Shown here: piece after piece, positions 42,216 through 49,736 of the stretch
Layout of the letters: the number at the start of each line of letters is the position of its first letter
Position numbering within the stretch: position 1 is the first letter of the stretch
NCBI GenBank assembly: GCA_026417875.1
Contig: JAOACK010000007.1
Span: forward strand, 1 to 57,078
Direction: 5' to 3'
DNA length: 57,078 nt
DNA from: Thermodesulfovibrionales bacterium
GTDB taxonomy: Bacteria; Nitrospirota; Thermodesulfovibrionia; Thermodesulfovibrionales; CALJEL01
The notes under the pieces: model-generated
The model's database searches: none
What the model was told of the DNA's origin: nothing
Seen by the model: the letters and a program-made list of their open reading frames with translations, nothing else
Position numbers and translations under genes: made by a program

Positions 42216-43076
42216 TTGAGGCTCAGATGGAGACACTTTGACCTTGACCTTTCCTCTAAGACTCATGTAATGGGAATCCTGAATGTAACACCTGATTCCT
42301 TTTCAGATGGTGGATTATTTTCTGATCCTGAAAGAGCAGTAGAGCATGCCCTCAGGATGGTCGAAGATGGAGCAGATATCATTGATATAGGTGGTGAATC
42401 AACAAGACCTGGTTCAGAGCCTGTTTCTGCTGCTGAGGAGATCAAACGGGTCGTGCCTGTGATCAAAAGACTTGTAGCTCAGGTAAAAGTTCCAGTTTCC
42501 ATAGATACATATAAATCACTGGTTGCTCGTGCTGCCCTTGATGCAGGTGCTTCTATGGTAAATGATATAAGTGGATTGAGATTTGATCCTGAGATGAAAA
42601 ATATTGTCGCAGAATACAGAGTTCCTGTTATCATAATGCATATTAAGGGAATACCAAAGACAATGCAGTTAAATCCAACCTATGATGCACTTATACCTGA
42701 AATAATGGATTATTTAAGAGAGGGTATCATTATTGCAAGGGAGGCAGGTATATCAGAGGAGTTGATAATTATAGACCCCGGCATAGGCTTTGGCAAAACC
42801 TTTGAGCATAATCTTGAGATTATAAACAGACTGAGAGAGTTTACCTATCTTGAAAAACCAATACTTATAGGCCCATCACGTAAGGCCTTTATAGGAAAGC
42901 TTCTTGGAGATGTGCCGCCACTAATGCGGCTTGAAGGCACACTTGGAGCTGTTGCTATAGCTGCTTATAATGGAGCAAACATAGTGCGTGTTCATGATGT
43001 AAAGGAGACAGTAAAATTGCTTAAAGTCGTGGATGGGATAAAAAAAGAAAATCTTCTTGTTTTTGGAAGGAATTGA
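42216..43076 (+). CDS. folP: dihydropteroate synthase
   Basis: MGILNVTPDSFSDGG, DIGGESTRPG, DPGIGFGK. The start codon is TTG, and its position is uncertain. Confidence 0.92.
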   Translation: MRLRWRHFDLDLSSKTHVMGILNVTPDSFSDGGLFSDPERAVEHALRMVEDGADIIDIGGESTRPGSEPVSAAEEIKRVVPVIKRLVAQVKVPVSIDTYKSLVARAALDAGASMVNDISGLRFDPEMKNIVAEYRVPVIIMHIKGIPKTMQLNPTYDALIPEIMDYLREGIIIAREAGISEELIIIDPGIGFGKTFEHNLEIINRLREFTYLEKPILIGPSRKAFIGKLLGDVPPLMRLEGTLGAVAIAAYNGANIVRVHDVKETVKLLKVVDGIKKENLLVFGRN

Positions 43077-43123
43077 ATAAAAAGTAATCGCCTGTTCGAA
43101 ATAAATTTCTTCAGAGATAAAGT

Positions 43124-43501
43124 ATGAAGATAACCTTAATTTTCGTCACCCTTTTACTTATTCTGAGTAAATTTCTGGATTGTCATTCCACCTATAAGAT
43201 GTGCCGCTTTCCAGAACATGAGACAAATCCTTTAGGAAAGATGCTTTTTAAAAAATTTGGTATTAAAAAAGGTATTGTAATAATATTTCTGGTAACCCTC
43301 TGCATCGTTCTATCAAGCCTATTATTTGTGTGGCATGAGGAAAAGGCTTTTTATAATTTAATGTTCGTTATAATGGGTTTGATCATATCTTCAATTCAGT
43401 TTGCTGTAGCAAGTAAAAATTATAGTGGAAGGGATAATGTTATTACCAGGCTTGTATATATACTTCACCAAAAAATTTCAGGAATTAAGGTGTTCAGATA
43501 A
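43124..43501 (+). CDS. small 3-4 TM membrane protein (DUF5658-like?)
   Basis: Hydrophobic helices, with the segment LDCHSTYKM...EHETNPLGKML resembling the D..T....E.NP motif of DUF5658. Weak recognition only. Confidence 0.45.
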   Translation: MKITLIFVTLLLILSKFLDCHSTYKMCRFPEHETNPLGKMLFKKFGIKKGIVIIFLVTLCIVLSSLLFVWHEEKAFYNLMFVIMGLIISSIQFAVASKNYSGRDNVITRLVYILHQKISGIKVFR

Positions 43502-43529
43502 CTGCTCGAAAGTCTCAATTCGCTAGGGT

Positions 43530-43793
43530 TTAATTTATATTATCCTTTCGGCTATTTTGTAAAATCACTATGTCATCACAATATTTATAAAAAAGATAAC
43601 AGGGAACCGCATATATGGTTACCATTATCCATAAAACTGATGAAAGAGCAGATATACCTAATCTTGCTAAAGTAATCCTGTCTTTTTCTTTATATTCAGC
43701 TAAAAGTGATTCGGCAAACTTATACACAGCTACAATGATATAAAGGAGGATTGTCCAGACAGGAATATGCAGTGTAATATAATTATCCATCAT
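43530..43793 (-). CDS. 87-aa two-TM membrane protein (hypothetical)
   Basis: The two hydrophobic helices are IPVWTILLYIIVAVYKF and ISALSSVLWIMVTIYAVPCYLFY. The ATG at 43793 overlaps the upstream stop (ATGA), implying translational coupling. The ORF is open to 43829. Confidence 0.5.
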   Translation of the reverse strand: MMDNYITLHIPVWTILLYIIVAVYKFAESLLAEYKEKDRITLARLGISALSSVLWIMVTIYAVPCYLFYKYCDDIVILQNSRKDNIN

Positions 43794-44164
43794 TCTAGCG
43801 GAATAGGTCTTCTGTTCAGGATTTCCCATCTCAGGTTTCTTGCTTTATTGAGTAGTTCACCATCTCGGACAGAAAGGATGTCAAAGAAGAGGTCAAAGAG
43901 ATGAAAATCTGCCCAGTTTGGATGTTCTTTTAATCTCTGCTCCATCTTTTTATAGATAGCTTCCTTTTCTTCCTTGCTAAGTCTGTTTTTATCACTGAAG
44001 TAATGTTCTATCTCTTCGACAACCTCCGCAGGAAGAATATTTTTAATTAATTCTATCTCATGCTCTGCCCTTGCCCTCTGTTCATCATTCAGGTTCTGAA
44101 AGTTATAAAGGGCAAGAAGTTCCTTTAACCTTTTCTCCAGCTTCTTTCCTTCAAGATATGTCAT
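43790..44164 (-). CDS. 124-aa soluble helical protein (hypothetical, no recognised family)
   Basis: The ORF has GGAGG 8 nt upstream of the ATG at 44164; the ORF track's GTG at 44173 is too close to the RBS. The protein is E/K/L-rich and predicted helical by eye. Confidence 0.5.
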   Translation of the reverse strand: MTYLEGKKLEKRLKELLALYNFQNLNDEQRARAEHEIELIKNILPAEVVEEIEHYFSDKNRLSKEEKEAIYKKMEQRLKEHPNWADFHLFDLFFDILSVRDGELLNKARNLRWEILNRRPIPLE

Positions 44165-44243
44165 ATGCATCACCTCCAGTTTAATTATAAAATATAAAAG
44201 CGTCAGAAATGGTCGTTTGTGTCTAAATCAGGAAACTACCTGA

Positions 44244-45443
44244 TTATTCTTCTATTGATATTCCTCCTTCAAGAGCCTTTATCTCAGGTATTGATGAGCC
44301 GGCAATGCCTTTGATGGAGCCATAAAAGGCTATCATGCCTGAAATTACCTTCTCAATCTGCTTCTGCCTTTCTGCCCAGATTTTTTCCATCCTCCGTTTT
44401 TCTTCTTGGTAACCATTCTGGAGAGCGATGAATCCATCTATTATTGCCTCAAACTGTCCTCTGAATTCATTACTCGTTAGATAATTATAGAGCATCTCCA
44501 TCTTTATGTCTTTGCCCTGCTGCGAAACCTTTACAGCATAAATCTCCTGAAGGCTCTTTCTCAATACAAAGGATAGGCCCTCTACCTCTGAAAGGGAGCA
44601 TATCCATACTCCGTCCTTGTATAAAAATCTATCCCTCCCGTCGGGAAGGGTCTCTGAAACAATGACAAGGAAATCTGCCTTTACTGTTAGATTATCTTCC
44701 TTTAGTTTCTCAATCCAGTTATAGTCAAAGTTTTTTGCCCGCTTGCTTTCATAGTATATCTTTCCACATTCAGTTCCTTTAGATGTCTTTACTATCTGGA
44801 GGATATCAGCTCCCCGCTGCCCTTTCCTGATTTCCAGAATCTCATCAGTTGGATATGCTGATTTTAAGAGCTTTTCCAGCTCAAGCTCCTGTGCTTCTCC
44901 TTTAAGCTGGATTGAGCCCTGTTCTGCCTTCCTCCTTGCTTCATCAAGCTGGGATTTTAGCTGCTCAATGAGTATGTCTTTTTCTTTTATTTGCAGGTTT
45001 AATGACTCCTCTACCTGCCTCTTAAGTTTTTCCCGTTCTTCTTTTAATTTTTCGGTAAGTTCCTTTTCTTTTTCAAGGGTGATCTGTTCTCTCATTAGTT
45101 CCTTTTCCCTTTTAAGTTTCTCTATTTCTATTAGGGCAGAGTGGAGTTCTTTTACCTTCTCTGTCTTTTCCTGAAGCTCTTTCTGGAGAAGATTTATCTT
45201 TATTGAATGTTCTTCTTCAATTCTTCTCCTCAGTTCTTCTTCAATTCTGGTCCTGCTCGCTTTGAGCCTTTCTTCAAACTCTTTCTCTATGCTCTCTTTA
45301 AGTCTTTCTTGCTGCTCCAGGAGTTCTTCTTCCTTTGCCTGGTAGACCTTTTTAATCTTTTCCTCTAACTGGCTGTAGAGAACCTCACTTACATTTATCT
45401 CCCTTCCACACTGCGGACATCTTATGGTACTTTTATTTTCCAT
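44244..45443 (-). CDS. DUF2130-family protein: N-terminal CxxC knuckle, long coiled coil, C-terminal PD-(D/E)XK-like domain
   Basis: IRCPQCGREINVSE at the N-terminus, then ~200 aa of E/K/L heptad-rich sequence. The C-terminus has RGADILQIV...IYYESKRAKNF (D...ExK), like the restriction-endonuclease fold. The architecture is RmuC-like. Confidence 0.7.
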   Translation of the reverse strand: MENKSTIRCPQCGREINVSEVLYSQLEEKIKKVYQAKEEELLEQQERLKESIEKEFEERLKASRTRIEEELRRRIEEEHSIKINLLQKELQEKTEKVKELHSALIEIEKLKREKELMREQITLEKEKELTEKLKEEREKLKRQVEESLNLQIKEKDILIEQLKSQLDEARRKAEQGSIQLKGEAQELELEKLLKSAYPTDEILEIRKGQRGADILQIVKTSKGTECGKIYYESKRAKNFDYNWIEKLKEDNLTVKADFLVIVSETLPDGRDRFLYKDGVWICSLSEVEGLSFVLRKSLQEIYAVKVSQQGKDIKMEMLYNYLTSNEFRGQFEAIIDGFIALQNGYQEEKRRMEKIWAERQKQIEKVISGMIAFYGSIKGIAGSSIPEIKALEGGISIEE

Positions 45444-45468
45444 AATCTTACTTTATCATTCAGTGGCG

Positions 45469-46428
45469 TCAGATCATGTCGTTTTTATAGCCTCCCAGTG
45501 TTTTTTCTATTTCTGACCTGATGAGGTCTCTGAGCCTGTCTGGTTTAAGAACCTTTATTCTGCTACCATGGCTCAGGATCCATTTTATCAATTCTTCATT
45601 AATTGCAACATTCATTTTAAGAATGACAGAGCCATCTTCCTTTTCTTCTATCTTCTGTGATGTGTGCCAGAGTCTTTGTTTTATGTAATCTGCAATCTCC
45701 TTTTGGAACTGTAAATGTATCTCTTCTTTTCTGCCAGGTATGATTCCGAAGGCTGACTCGAGGTATTTTTCTATAGAAAAATCCTCTGGAATTGAATAGG
45801 TTTTTTTAAGAATTTTTATCTCCTCTATTTCATGAAGAGAGAGGATAACTATTTCATTTTCTCTTTTTATCTGACCGCAAATATAGAACTCATCAACGTA
45901 ATGGATTATCTTGAAGAGCCTGAAATTTAACCTTCTGCCATCCCTCGTTTTAAGGCTCAGGATATTTTTATTTCTATAGGCCTCAAAGAGAAGCAGAAGT
46001 GTATCAAGTCTTAATGGATTTAAATGGGGTGCTTCATCATGATAATAAAAGAGCTCCTCAGTAAATTTCAGAGGAAAGGCACTCCTGAGGGCTGAAGAGA
46101 ATCTCTCCTTAAGGTCACCTTCTGCAGCGGAGCTGAAATGGCAGAGAGAAAGACTGAGAAGGAGTATTAAAATCTCCTGATTGTTTTTTATAAAATTCCT
46201 CTGATGCCTGTATTCATCAGGAAGACAGTAATACCATTTTCCATCATGGGGATCTCGCTTCCCACTTATTGAGAGACCCGGTATACTGCACAAAAAGGCT
46301 ATGTCTCTTTCAGCCGTTCTTGAGGAGATATTAAAATAACTGCAGAGTTTGTCTTTTGAGATCCTACCATTTTCAAGAAGCATATTATAAATCTCAAAGA
46401 GTCTCTTACACCTTAGCTGTTCAGTCAA
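45469..46428 (-). CDS. HTH-WYL-WCX transcriptional regulator (PafBC/BrxR/CapW-like)
   Basis: N-terminal wHTH (ISKDKLCSYFNISSRTAERDIAFL). The central WYL-like barrel is LFKIIHYVDEFYICGQ. The C-terminal WCX-like segment is QRLWHTSQKIEE..DGSVILKMNV...LIKWILSHGSRIKVLKPDRLR. The TTG start has AAGGAG 7 nt upstream. Confidence 0.75.
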   Translation of the reverse strand: MTEQLRCKRLFEIYNMLLENGRISKDKLCSYFNISSRTAERDIAFLCSIPGLSISGKRDPHDGKWYYCLPDEYRHQRNFIKNNQEILILLLSLSLCHFSSAAEGDLKERFSSALRSAFPLKFTEELFYYHDEAPHLNPLRLDTLLLLFEAYRNKNILSLKTRDGRRLNFRLFKIIHYVDEFYICGQIKRENEIVILSLHEIEEIKILKKTYSIPEDFSIEKYLESAFGIIPGRKEEIHLQFQKEIADYIKQRLWHTSQKIEEKEDGSVILKMNVAINEELIKWILSHGSRIKVLKPDRLRDLIRSEIEKTLGGYKNDMI

Positions 46429-46445
46429 TGCTAATCTCCTTAGTG

Positions 46446-46463
46446 TAGAAAATATATTTTCTA
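46446..46463. promoter_or_regulatory. perfect 18-bp palindrome TAGAAAATATATTTTCTA, candidate operator for the WYL regulator
   Basis: Read directly; all 9 pairs are complementary. It lies 4 nt 5' of the AAGGAG RBS of the WYL gene and overlaps the stop codon of the upstream gene. Confidence 0.4.
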
Positions 46464-47030
46464 TGCCCTGGGCTTTGCTAGGATCTCGAGGACCTTAAGG
46501 TCAAGGAATCTTTTTGAGGCAGCAGATTTTATAAGCATAACTGTATCTGCTCCATAGGCTGTCCCTGCAATGGCAAGGACCTCTTCTCCTTCTGGAATGA
46601 GACCTGCATCAACTGCCATCATTACACACTCTATGCATACCTTCGGTCCCTCTCCAAACCTCCTTAATGTCTGGGCAACTATATGGGTAGGATAGAGTCC
46701 CTGAAATTTCTGGCTGAAGGCAGTCTCAATACTGTGAGTTATCATTGTACCTGTTAAGACCTTTGCTCCATTCTGTATGATCCTTTCTCTCACATCTGAA
46801 TGCATTTCCTGGGTGTTTGGAGCCTTGAATCCTGTAGAATGGGTTACTATGACAAGATTTATATTCAATCCCTTCAGTGCCTCCACAATCTTCAGACCTG
46901 TTTCTCCTGTTGTTGAGGCCACTACAAGGTGTTTATATCCGGACTCTTTGATTGCCTGAATCGCAATCTTCAGACATTCCTCTGTGTTTTCTCTTCCGGG
47001 TTTTTCAAAATATGTAACGAGTCTCTGCAT
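46461..47030 (-). CDS. pyruvate kinase C-terminal (alpha/beta) domain-like protein, function unknown
   Basis: YFEKPGRENTEECLKIA...HLVVASTTGETG...VIVTHSTGF resembles stand-alone PK_C-like proteins of anaerobes and archaea. Confidence 0.55.
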   Translation of the reverse strand: MQRLVTYFEKPGRENTEECLKIAIQAIKESGYKHLVVASTTGETGLKIVEALKGLNINLVIVTHSTGFKAPNTQEMHSDVRERIIQNGAKVLTGTMITHSIETAFSQKFQGLYPTHIVAQTLRRFGEGPKVCIECVMMAVDAGLIPEGEEVLAIAGTAYGADTVMLIKSAASKRFLDLKVLEILAKPRA

Positions 47031-47078
47031 ATTTAACCTCCTCTTTCCAAAGATGGCAAGACAGGAATTTTTGTATTA

Positions 47079-47107
47079 TATTTACCAATCTTTCAGAAAT
47101 CTTTCAA
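47079..47107 (-). promoter_or_regulatory. candidate sigma70-type promoter upstream of the PK_C-like gene
   Basis: On the minus strand: TTGAAA (47107-47102), a 17-nt spacer, then TAAATA (47084-47079), with TATAAT overlapping at 47080-47075. Sequence match only. Confidence 0.3.
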
Positions 47108-47154
47108 GCCACTGCTGGAATGTCCTCCATAAAGTACAGTGATATATACATTTT

Positions 47155-49725
47155 TTATTTTTCAGACTTCTGCTTGAGCCTTCTCAGTATCTTCAGTGCT
47201 TCTTCTGGTTTCAGATTGCTCATGTCAAGTTGCCGTAGCTCTGATATTACAGGGTGGAAGGCTCCGCCAAAGAGGTCAAGCTGTCGCATTCCGTCCGTTG
47301 GTGTGCCAGCAAAGCGTGGAAGACCTGACTCATCAAGTTCTGTTTTTTCAAGATTGGAGAGTATCTCCTTAGCCCTGTCAAGTACCACGGATGGAAGCCC
47401 AGCAAGCCTGGCTACCTGAATACCATAGCTTTTGTCAGCAGGACCTTCATCTATTTTTCTTAAAAAGATAATCTCATCCCCCCATTCCTTTACAGAAATA
47501 TTATAGTTCTTAACACCATCCACTGTGAGGGCTAGTTCTGTCAGCTCGTGATAATGTGTAGCGAAGAGTGTCCTCGCCCTTATATTTTTTGCAAGATATT
47601 CAGCAACTGCCCAGGCTATGCTTATTCCATCAAAGGTTGAAGTTCCGCGACCTATCTCATCAAGAATAATGAGGCTTCTAAATGTGGCATTGTTAAGTAT
47701 GTTGGCTGTCTCAAGCATCTCCACCATGAATGTTGACTGTCCCTTTGAAAGGATATCGGATGCACCTATCCTTGTGAAAATCCTGTCCACGAGCCCTATT
47801 CTGGCCTGAGCTGCAGGCACGAAGCAACCGATCTGCGCCATTATAACTATGAGGGCATTCTGCCGCATGTATGTTGACTTTCCTGCCATGTTGGGACCTG
47901 TTATTATCAGAAGTCTATCCGTATCTGTATTTATGAAAAGATTGTTTGGAACAAATCTTTCCCTGTTCTGAAGTCTCTCTATTACAGGATGTCTTCCATC
48001 AGTAATCTCTATTAATGTGCTTTCATCTATTACAGGTTTTGTGTAGTTATATCTTCTTGATACAGTTGCAAAAGCTGAAAGCATATCAAGATAGGCAACT
48101 GTTTCTGAGAGTGCCTTTATGGACTCTGTATGTGGCTTTAACCCTTCCAGAATATCTCTGAACCTTTCCTCTTCAAGCCTTTTGAGTTCTTCATCTGCAC
48201 CTAGAATCCGTGCCTCGTATTCTTTGAGTTTTGGCGTTATGAATCGCTCTGCATTAACAAGTGTCTGTTTTCTTTCATAATCTGAAGGTATCTGCCTCAG
48301 GTTTGCCTTTGTCACCTCTATATAGTAGCCGAAGACCCTGTTATAGCCAATCTTTAATGACTGGATACCTGTCCTCGCCTTCTCCTCTGCTTCCATTCTG
48401 GTGATTATCTCCCTGCTGTTTTGCTGTAGTTCCCTTAGTCTATCAATCTCTGGATCAAAGCCATTCTTTATGAATCCACCCTCTTTTATTGACTGGGGAG
48501 GATCATCAATGATAGTCCTTTCTATTAGGTTGACCACCTCCTCAGGAACAGAGATATTATTTGTGAGTTTTTTTATCTCTGGTTCATCAAATCCGGAGAG
48601 TATTTTCCTTAGCTGTGGTACTGTTTTTAACGAATTTTTAAGAGCAATGAGGTCTCTTGGATTCGCAGTTCCTGTGACTATCTTCCCGGAGAGCCTCTCT
48701 ATGTCCTGGACCTTTCTCAGATAACTTCTCAGGAGCTCCAGGATCTCGCCTGAATTTACAAGGGATTCTACTATTGATAATCTTGTATTTATCTCAGCAA
48801 GATCAAGGAGAGGTCTTGTTATCGATCTTCTCAGCAGCCTGCCTCCCATTGGTGTCAAGGTTTCATCAAGAGCCCAGAGTAAAGAGCCAGATGTCTCTTC
48901 TCTCATAGACCTTAAGAGCTCAAGATTCTTTATGGTTGAGGCATCCATATAGAGAAATTCTCTTTTGTGGATAGGTGTGAGCTTTTTAAAATTCAGGACA
49001 CCCTTCTGGGTTGTCTCAAGGTAGTTCATCAATGCACCGGCAGCTGCTATCGCAGCTTCCATACCAATGATCCCGAATCCCTCAAGGGACGATACCTTAA
49101 AAAATCTTAGCAATAATGCCTCTCCTTCCCGAGGGTCAAAATACCAGTCCTCGCAGGGTGTGGAGTAGAAATCTCTCAGAAGGTCTTTGAACCTGAGGTC
49201 TTCTTTCAGGGATGCTGGATAGAGTATTTCCTTTGGCTGGAATCTTTCTATCTCATCTTCTATTTCACCATCTGTTTCATAAAGGGTAAATTCTCCTACA
49301 TGAATATCTGCAAGTGCGACACCTGTAATATTTTTCATAGGGAAAAAGGCGAGGATATAGGAATTCTCCTTGGGTTCCTCAGGAATGTGTGTACCTGCTG
49401 TTATAACACGCACAACATCCCTTTCAACAAGTCCCTTTGCCTGAGAAGGTTCTTCAAGCTGTTCACAGAGGGCTACCTTGTATCCTGCCTTTATGAGCTT
49501 TGAGATATAGGTGTCTGCTGTGAAATAGGGAACACCACACATAGGGATCGGTTCTTCTTTATCCCTGTCTCTTGTTGTAAGTGTTATCTGGAGTACCTTT
49601 GAGGCGATAAGGGCATCTTCACCGAACATTTCATAAAAATCACCAAGCCTGAAGAATACTATAGCATCTTTGTATCTTTCTTTTATATTAAAATACTGTT
49701 TCATCAACGGTGTAAGCTCAGACAC
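47155..49725 (-). CDS. mutS: DNA mismatch repair protein MutS
   Basis: TPLMKQYFNIKERYKDAIVFFRLGDFYEMF at the N-terminus, the Walker A GPNMAGKSTYMRQ, DEIGRGTSTFDG, and THYHEL. The GTG start has GGGAGG upstream. Confidence 0.97.
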   Translation of the reverse strand: MSELTPLMKQYFNIKERYKDAIVFFRLGDFYEMFGEDALIASKVLQITLTTRDRDKEEPIPMCGVPYFTADTYISKLIKAGYKVALCEQLEEPSQAKGLVERDVVRVITAGTHIPEEPKENSYILAFFPMKNITGVALADIHVGEFTLYETDGEIEDEIERFQPKEILYPASLKEDLRFKDLLRDFYSTPCEDWYFDPREGEALLLRFFKVSSLEGFGIIGMEAAIAAAGALMNYLETTQKGVLNFKKLTPIHKREFLYMDASTIKNLELLRSMREETSGSLLWALDETLTPMGGRLLRRSITRPLLDLAEINTRLSIVESLVNSGEILELLRSYLRKVQDIERLSGKIVTGTANPRDLIALKNSLKTVPQLRKILSGFDEPEIKKLTNNISVPEEVVNLIERTIIDDPPQSIKEGGFIKNGFDPEIDRLRELQQNSREIITRMEAEEKARTGIQSLKIGYNRVFGYYIEVTKANLRQIPSDYERKQTLVNAERFITPKLKEYEARILGADEELKRLEEERFRDILEGLKPHTESIKALSETVAYLDMLSAFATVSRRYNYTKPVIDESTLIEITDGRHPVIERLQNRERFVPNNLFINTDTDRLLIITGPNMAGKSTYMRQNALIVIMAQIGCFVPAAQARIGLVDRIFTRIGASDILSKGQSTFMVEMLETANILNNATFRSLIILDEIGRGTSTFDGISIAWAVAEYLAKNIRARTLFATHYHELTELALTVDGVKNYNISVKEWGDEIIFLRKIDEGPADKSYGIQVARLAGLPSVVLDRAKEILSNLEKTELDESGLPRFAGTPTDGMRQLDLFGGAFHPVISELRQLDMSNLKPEEALKILRRLKQKSEK

Positions 49726-49736
49726 AGAGACCTCCC

